Below are positions 8,527-13,472 of a stretch of DNA of 13,472 nucleotides, in pieces. The position numbers and the translations under genes were made by a program. This DNA is from Promethearchaeota archaeon (GTDB taxonomy: Archaea; Asgardarchaeota; Lokiarchaeia; Sigyniarchaeales; SOKP01): contig JBHLNZ010000035.1 of NCBI GenBank assembly GCA_048941015.1, positions 18,294 through 31,765 of the forward strand, in the 5' to 3' direction. Below the pieces are notes generated by a model, which saw only the letters and a program-made list of their open reading frames with translations, made no database searches and was not told the DNA's origin. Positions within the stretch are counted from its first letter, which is position 1; the number at the start of each line of letters is the position of its first letter.

Positions 8527-8561
8527 GATTTAAAATACTTATTAACCAATGAATTGTACTT

Positions 8562-9686
8562 ATGACTCAAGAATATAGTATAACTGCTAAACTTGGTCCT
8601 TCTATTGGAAGTTCTATTCGAAATTGGATGAAGTTAGTTACTAGCAGTGGCTTTGTGGATTTAAAATATTATCCACGAGTATTTCTAGTAGATTTCATTA
8701 GTGCTATCGGAATTCCTTTTCGCATTTATGAAAATTTAAGATTTAATGATAAAATATATTCAACAGATTTGAAAGTTCCACCTTTATTTATTTTAGGCCA
8801 TTGGAGAAGCGGAACAACTCATATCCATAATTTGATGTGTCAGGATCCTCAATTTGGCTATATTACTATGCTAAACGCCGCATTTCCTAAGTCTTTTATA
8901 AGTAACAATTTTTTTAAATGGATTATGAAAAAATTAATGCCCAAGAAAAGACCAATGGATAACATGGAGATGGGAATTAATAATGCACAAGAAGAAGAAA
9001 TGGCCCTAGGAAATTTATTTCCATATTCCTTTTACAATGCATTTTACTTTCCACGAAGATTAATAGAATTTTATCATAAATATGTTCGATTTGAAAATAT
9101 ATCAAAAAAAATTAAAAAACAATGGAAGAAAGTTTATTATTTTCTACTCAAGAAAGCTACATTATATATGAACGGAAAAAGACTCGTATTAAAAAACCCA
9201 GCAAATACAGCTCGAATTAAATATCTTTTAGAAATGTTTCCAGATGCTAAATTCATTCATATATACAGAAATCCGTATGATGTCTACGGTTCCACCCAAA
9301 TACTTTACCAAAAAATGATGAGAGCATTTATGCTTCAAAAAATCTCAGATAAAGCTTTAGAAGAAGACATCTTTAGAGTTTATAGAGAAATGATGAGGAC
9401 TTACTTTGAAGAGAAAAAATTAATTCCTAAAGGTAATTTAGTGGAAATTAAATTTGAAGACTTAGAAATTAAACCTCTCGATCAATTAGATAAAATCTAT
9501 TCTGCTTTAAATTTAACAGGTTTTGAAGACGCAATCCAATATTTTAAAACCTATCTTAAAACTTTAATCAACTATAAGAAAAATAAATTTGAATTAGATA
9601 ATCAAACAATTGAAAAAATATCAAAAAATTGGAAATTCACTATTGATAAATGGGGCTATGAGGTTCCTAGATTTAATTTAAGTTAG
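8562..9686 (+). CDS. PAPS-dependent sulfotransferase (Sulfotransfer_3 / Stf3-like family)
   Basis: 5'-PSB loop FILGHWRSGTTHIHNL, RPMDNM...QEEE, LKNP.NTAR, and 3'-PB motif HIYRNPY.V..S. Confidence 0.9.
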   Translation: MTQEYSITAKLGPSIGSSIRNWMKLVTSSGFVDLKYYPRVFLVDFISAIGIPFRIYENLRFNDKIYSTDLKVPPLFILGHWRSGTTHIHNLMCQDPQFGYITMLNAAFPKSFISNNFFKWIMKKLMPKKRPMDNMEMGINNAQEEEMALGNLFPYSFYNAFYFPRRLIEFYHKYVRFENISKKIKKQWKKVYYFLLKKATLYMNGKRLVLKNPANTARIKYLLEMFPDAKFIHIYRNPYDVYGSTQILYQKMMRAFMLQKISDKALEEDIFRVYREMMRTYFEEKKLIPKGNLVEIKFEDLEIKPLDQLDKIYSALNLTGFEDAIQYFKTYLKTLINYKKNKFELDNQTIEKISKNWKFTIDKWGYEVPRFNLS

Positions 9687-9784
9687 TTTGAATCTACTTC
9701 TTTATCTCACCAACTTATATTTTTAAGCAAATGTAGCTGCAATTTTTACTTTTAAAGAATAATATTAAAATTATAATATTCTTT

Positions 9785-10648
9785 TTATTTTGGAATTCCT
9801 ATTGGACAAATTTTTAAACAATATGAACAATAATTTTTATCTATTAAAGCTTCTATGCATTTAGAACGATTGATATATGTGATTATTCCCGATTCTTTTT
9901 TTATAGGATCTTTATAAACAGCCCCTCCTAAACAGTTTTTTACACATGAACCACAATTATTGCAAAAATCTTCCAATTCATCAAAGTTTCGTTTTGATCT
10001 TATAGGAATATTCGCATCAGTAGTAATCATGCTCCATCTTTGTCTTGGTCCAAATTCAGGTGTGATTGTAAGTCCACTTCTACCTAAAATTCCTAATCCC
10101 GCTTCAACAACATGTGGTCCATATAATAATTTACCTCCGAAGGGATGATGTGCTTCACTTTTATACCCTTGATCCTTTAAATATTCAGTTAATTCGATAG
10201 TAACATCACCTAATACTTTATATACTCTAAATACTTCTATTTGACAATTCGCACTTGGAGCTGTTTCGATGCCATTAAGCCATTTCATTTCCATACCCAG
10301 AATAATTCCATTTTTCCCATACACTTTTAGATCTTTAAAAATATAATTCTCATTAACTGGAACATACCCTATAAAGTCTACGTCAAGCTGTTTTGCTCTC
10401 TCTTCAAACATATCCCAAAAGCCTGCAGATACTTCTTCTTTAATATTCCTTTCATTCCCATATTTAGTTTTTCGTGCTTGGTCGAATCCTTTAAAAGTTC
10501 CTCTCATATATTTACTAAAAATTTTTGCTGTTTCGCGATCGATTACTTCTGGAGGACCCGCACTCATAGAGAAAAGTTCTTTCGGAATGATAAAGACCAA
10601 ATTTTCATTTTTACCAATATATGTTGGTTTAATACCTACATCAGACAT
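9785..10648 (-). CDS. Reductive dehalogenase/QueG-superfamily cobalamin- and 2x[4Fe-4S]-binding protein, paralog 1
   Basis: AGLG..GR.GL.ITPEFGPRQR...ITTD, FCxxCxxCxxxC and Cx9CxxCxxxCP. No Tat signal. The substrate cannot be determined from sequence. Confidence 0.8.
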   Translation of the reverse strand: MSDVGIKPTYIGKNENLVFIIPKELFSMSAGPPEVIDRETAKIFSKYMRGTFKGFDQARKTKYGNERNIKEEVSAGFWDMFEERAKQLDVDFIGYVPVNENYIFKDLKVYGKNGIILGMEMKWLNGIETAPSANCQIEVFRVYKVLGDVTIELTEYLKDQGYKSEAHHPFGGKLLYGPHVVEAGLGILGRSGLTITPEFGPRQRWSMITTDANIPIRSKRNFDELEDFCNNCGSCVKNCLGGAVYKDPIKKESGIITYINRSKCIEALIDKNYCSYCLKICPIGIPK

Positions 10649-10669
10649 ATAAATTCTATTTATTTACTT

Positions 10670-10693
10670 AAATAAAAAAATTTTTACTTTTGT
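10670..10693 (-). promoter_or_regulatory. Conserved upstream element (putative BRE/TATA promoter) of paralog 1
   Basis: Minus-strand ACAAAAGTAAAAATTTTTTTATTT at -45..-22 from the ATG; 23/24 identical to the copy at 11738-11761. Confidence 0.65.
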
Positions 10694-10772
10694 GTATATA
10701 TAATAGAAAGAGCAATACTTTAATGTTGGAAACTTATTTTCTTACAGACTCCATTCTAATTTAGGAAATGGC

Positions 10773-10847
10773 AAAATAAAAAAAAATTGGAAATTTACTA
10801 TTGAGAAGTGTAGCTATAAAGTATCAAAATTAAAAAATGCATTTTAA
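10773..10847 (+). pseudogene. Remnant of a second sulfotransferase copy (3' end only)
   Basis: 10781-10817 matches 9623-9659 at 32/37 nt. It translates KIKKNWKFTIEKCSYKVSKLKNAF* versus KISKNWKFTIDKWGYEVPRFNLS* in the intact gene. No ATG occurs in frame after the stops at 10701-10706. Confidence 0.75.
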
Positions 10848-11716
10848 TTTTTTACCCCATGAGGGCATACTTTTAAGCAATTAGAACAATAATTATTATT
10901 AATCAAACTTTCAATACATTTCGCACGGTCAATATGTGTTATCACACCAGAATCTTTGATTTTTTCAATAGGTTTTTCTAATGCTGCTCCTCCAAGACAA
11001 TTTTTGATACAAACACCACATTCCTCACAGAATTTTTTCATTTCACTAAAATCTCTTTCTTTTGTTTCAGGAATTTCAGCATCAGTTGTAATTACACTCC
11101 ATCTTTGTCTTGGTCCAAATTCAGGAGTAATGACAAGACCATTACGTCCCATAAATCCTAACTTTGCAGCAACTGCATGGGCAGTAAATAAAAGTTTCCC
11201 TCCAAAGGGATGATGAGCTTCGCTTTTATAGCCTTGGTTTTGTAAAAATTCAGTTAATTTTATTGTTCTTTCACCCAATTCATAGTAAACTCGAAATGCT
11301 TCCAGTCCACAATAAACACTGGGAGCAGTCTTAATCATATCCCATTTCATTTCCATACCAAGAATAATAGCATTTTTTCCTACGATAGGAAGATCTTTAA
11401 AGATATAATTCTCTAATACCGGAGTATAGCCAATAAGATCAATTCCATTATCCTTAACTAAATTTTCAAAATTATTCCAGAATTCGGGGCTTGTTTTAGT
11501 TCTTGTATTCGTTTCCTTATTATTATATTTTGTTTTATTAGCAACATCAAATCCTTTAAATGTTCCTCTTAAATATTTACTGAATTCTTTTGCTGTTGTG
11601 GGGTCTAACTTTTGTTCTGATGATAATTTCATTGTAAAAAGCTTTGTTGGAACAATAAAAACTAAATTCTCGTTTTTGCCAATATAAGTAGGCTTGACTT
11701 TCTTTTTAGCTTCCAT
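10844..11716 (-). CDS. Reductive dehalogenase/QueG-superfamily cobalamin- and 2x[4Fe-4S]-binding protein, paralog 2
   Basis: Same motifs as paralog 1 (LGFMGRNGLVITPEFGPRQRWSVITTD, FCEECGVCIKNC, CIESLINNNYCSNCLKVCP). Colinear with paralog 1, roughly 60% aa identity by eye. Confidence 0.8.
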   Translation of the reverse strand: MEAKKKVKPTYIGKNENLVFIVPTKLFTMKLSSEQKLDPTTAKEFSKYLRGTFKGFDVANKTKYNNKETNTRTKTSPEFWNNFENLVKDNGIDLIGYTPVLENYIFKDLPIVGKNAIILGMEMKWDMIKTAPSVYCGLEAFRVYYELGERTIKLTEFLQNQGYKSEAHHPFGGKLLFTAHAVAAKLGFMGRNGLVITPEFGPRQRWSVITTDAEIPETKERDFSEMKKFCEECGVCIKNCLGGAALEKPIEKIKDSGVITHIDRAKCIESLINNNYCSNCLKVCPHGVKN

Positions 11717-11737
11717 AATTAATATCCCTTTAAATTA

Positions 11738-11761
11738 AAATAACAAAATTTTTACTTTTGT
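11738..11761 (-). promoter_or_regulatory. Conserved upstream element (putative BRE/TATA promoter) of paralog 2
   Basis: Minus-strand ACAAAAGTAAAAATTTTGTTATTT at -45..-22 from the ATG, the same spacing as in paralog 1. Confidence 0.65.
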
Positions 11762-11799
11762 ATGTAATATTTAGATTAAATAGAGAGATTAATAACTTT

Positions 11800-13472
11800 A
11801 TGGTTAATAATATTAAGGAGCTTAAATACCATTGTCCTTTTTGCAATAATAGTTTAGCATCTAGATTCTCTAAATGTTTCAATATTTATTGTCAAGGCCA
11901 AAATTTTAATGTTGATAATCTTGTTCTTTATAGGCTTAATCCAGATTTAGGAATCGGGAGAATAAGAAAAAAGTTAGAAATTCCTGCATCAAAAACTCTT
12001 GATGATGAGGATACCTTTTTTATTACAAAGTTTAAAGTGTATTTTGAAAACAATATTATTAAGACCATTCATCCAATAGATCTAATTCATTATATTTTCT
12101 CTTTAAATGAGAGAATATTAACTAAACAAGGGATTGTTACTGTAAATTCTAATGATTTTCTTGTGACAAAAGGAAACATTTCGTATGAGATAGTATACTC
12201 AAATGGAAAAGTGACTCAAATTGACGAATCTGATATCATATCTAAATATAGACCTTCATTAAAGAATATAATATTTAAACAACTAATTGATCCACCTGAG
12301 AACTTTTTAATTAAATATTGGGCGAATTTATTTCATTCATATTATACATCCTACCAAATTAAATGTATTACCAATTCTCGTTTGTCTTTAATGCCTCATC
12401 AGATTAATGTAGCATATAGATTATCTGAGGAATATTTTCCAAGGGTAATATTGGCAGATGAGGTAGGACTTGGAAAAACTATTGAAGCAGGAATATTTAT
12501 TAAAGAATTAATGGCAAGAAACATCGCTGAACGGATTTTAATTATCGTTCCAGCAACTCTGGTTAAACAATGGCAGTTTGAAATGCAGAACAAGTTTAAT
12601 GTTGAATTTACAATATATGATGGTAAAAAGGTAAAAGATTTACTAAATAAAGGTAATTATAAAAGTTCTGAAACATTTCAAAATCCTTTTTATTATGATA
12701 ATTTAATTATATGTTCGCTCCAATTTGCAAGAAGTCAGAAATATATTGAATATTTATCTCAAATTTCATGGGATATAGTAATTTTTGATGAGGCGCACCA
12801 TTTAAGACGATATTTATTAAATACAACAACTGGGAATTATCGAGAGACTCTTAATTATGAGTTAGCAAGAAACTTGAGCAAGTCTACTGATTCGCTGCTA
12901 CTTTTAACAGCCACTCCATTACAACTCCATTCTTTCGAGTTATTTTCCTTAATAGAACTTATTCAGAGAGAAGCTTTTGATAATTTTTCAGATTTTGAAC
13001 ATTTTAGGAAGAATATGCCTTTTATTAACCTTCTTGTATCAAATATAAATCAAGTAGAAAAACTCAATAACTTTGAAGTAAAAAACACTATCAAACTTCT
13101 TAAAGGGCTTGGATATGTTAATAAGAAAAAAGAAGATTCACAAATTTTAGAAGATTTAAAATTAGAATCTTTTAAAATAAATCTTTTAAAGAAAATAGAG
13201 AAAGATCATACTTTATCAAAATTTTTAATAAGAAATCGTAAAAAGAATGTTATTTCTAAAGAATTCTTGAATGAAAGAATTGTAAAGACAATAATGGTAA
13301 ATCCTACTAAAGAAGAATTAGATATTTATAATGAAATTAGACTTTATTTAGCAAAAATTTATAATTCTGCTTTAGCAAACAAAAATATTGGGATTGGTTT
13401 TATTATATCTACTTTACAAAAACTATTAACCAGTTCAAAATATGCTTTTTTAAAGAGTCTCGAACGTAGGTT
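11800..13472 (+). CDS. SNF2-family, RapA/HepA-like ATPase with N-terminal Cys4 zinc ribbon (3'-truncated by window edge)
   Basis: Read manually: open from ATG 11800 (MVNNIKELKYHCPFC...) to the window end. Motifs LMPHQ, RVILADEVGLGKTIEAG (motif I, ~12451), IVPATLVKQW (Ia), IFDEAHH (II, ~12787), LLLTATPLQ (III). Not in the supplied ORF track. Confidence 0.9.
   Translation, partial: MVNNIKELKYHCPFCNNSLASRFSKCFNIYCQGQNFNVDNLVLYRLNPDLGIGRIRKKLEIPASKTLDDEDTFFITKFKVYFENNIIKTIHPIDLIHYIFSLNERILTKQGIVTVNSNDFLVTKGNISYEIVYSNGKVTQIDESDIISKYRPSLKNIIFKQLIDPPENFLIKYWANLFHSYYTSYQIKCITNSRLSLMPHQINVAYRLSEEYFPRVILADEVGLGKTIEAGIFIKELMARNIAERILIIVPATLVKQWQFEMQNKFNVEFTIYDGKKVKDLLNKGNYKSSETFQNPFYYDNLIICSLQFARSQKYIEYLSQISWDIVIFDEAHHLRRYLLNTTTGNYRETLNYELARNLSKSTDSLLLLTATPLQLHSFELFSLIELIQREAFDNFSDFEHFRKNMPFINLLVSNINQVEKLNNFEVKNTIKLLKGLGYVNKKKEDSQILEDLKLESFKINLLKKIEKDHTLSKFLIRNRKKNVISKEFLNERIVKTIMVNPTKEELDIYNEIRLYLAKIYNSALANKNIGIGFIISTLQKLLTSSKYAFLKSLERR

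Noticed and set aside
9687-9784. Hairpin terminator between the convergent genes
   Set aside because: Only AT-rich imperfect symmetry and short T-tracts; no convincing stem-loop.
9960-11213. Similar plus-strand ORFs 9960-10148 and 10956-11213, plus 10478-10675
   Set aside because: Their mutual similarity only mirrors the duplicated minus-strand genes they overlap.
12399-12593. Minus-strand 64-aa ORF
   Set aside because: Antisense to motif I/Ia of the SNF2 ATPase on the plus strand.
11800-13472. DISARM drmD or other defence-system call
   Set aside because: No methylase or other drm genes are visible in the window; cannot be supported without downstream sequence.

Overview
AT-rich window, probably archaeal. 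Lokiarchaeia/Asgard origin is an inference from composition, leaderless-type promoters and gene content. It has three parts. (1) Bases 6-8402 (+): a four-gene redox operon. It encodes a NuoE-like subunit, a NuoF-like subunit with electron-bifurcating HydB/BfuB signatures, a NuoG/FdhA-like scaffold that lacks the Mo/W ligand and is fused to NfnA (NfnS/SudB), and a winged-HTH + 2x[4Fe-4S] + FrhB (F420-binding) protein fused to NfnB (NfnL/SudA). Two distinct flavin-bifurcation modules and an F420 site thus appear to be joined in one complex, which is the main finding. (2) Bases 8562-11716: a PAPS-dependent sulfotransferase convergent with two tandem cobalamin/Fe-S reductive-dehalogenase-superfamily paralogs. 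The paralogs share a 24-bp upstream promoter element, and a remnant of a second sulfotransferase 3' end lies between them, pointing to an old cassette duplication. (3) Bases 11800 to the window end (+): a RapA-like SNF2 ATPase with an N-terminal Cys4 zinc ribbon, missing from the ORF track because it runs off the window. No RNA genes, CRISPR arrays or mobile elements were recognised.
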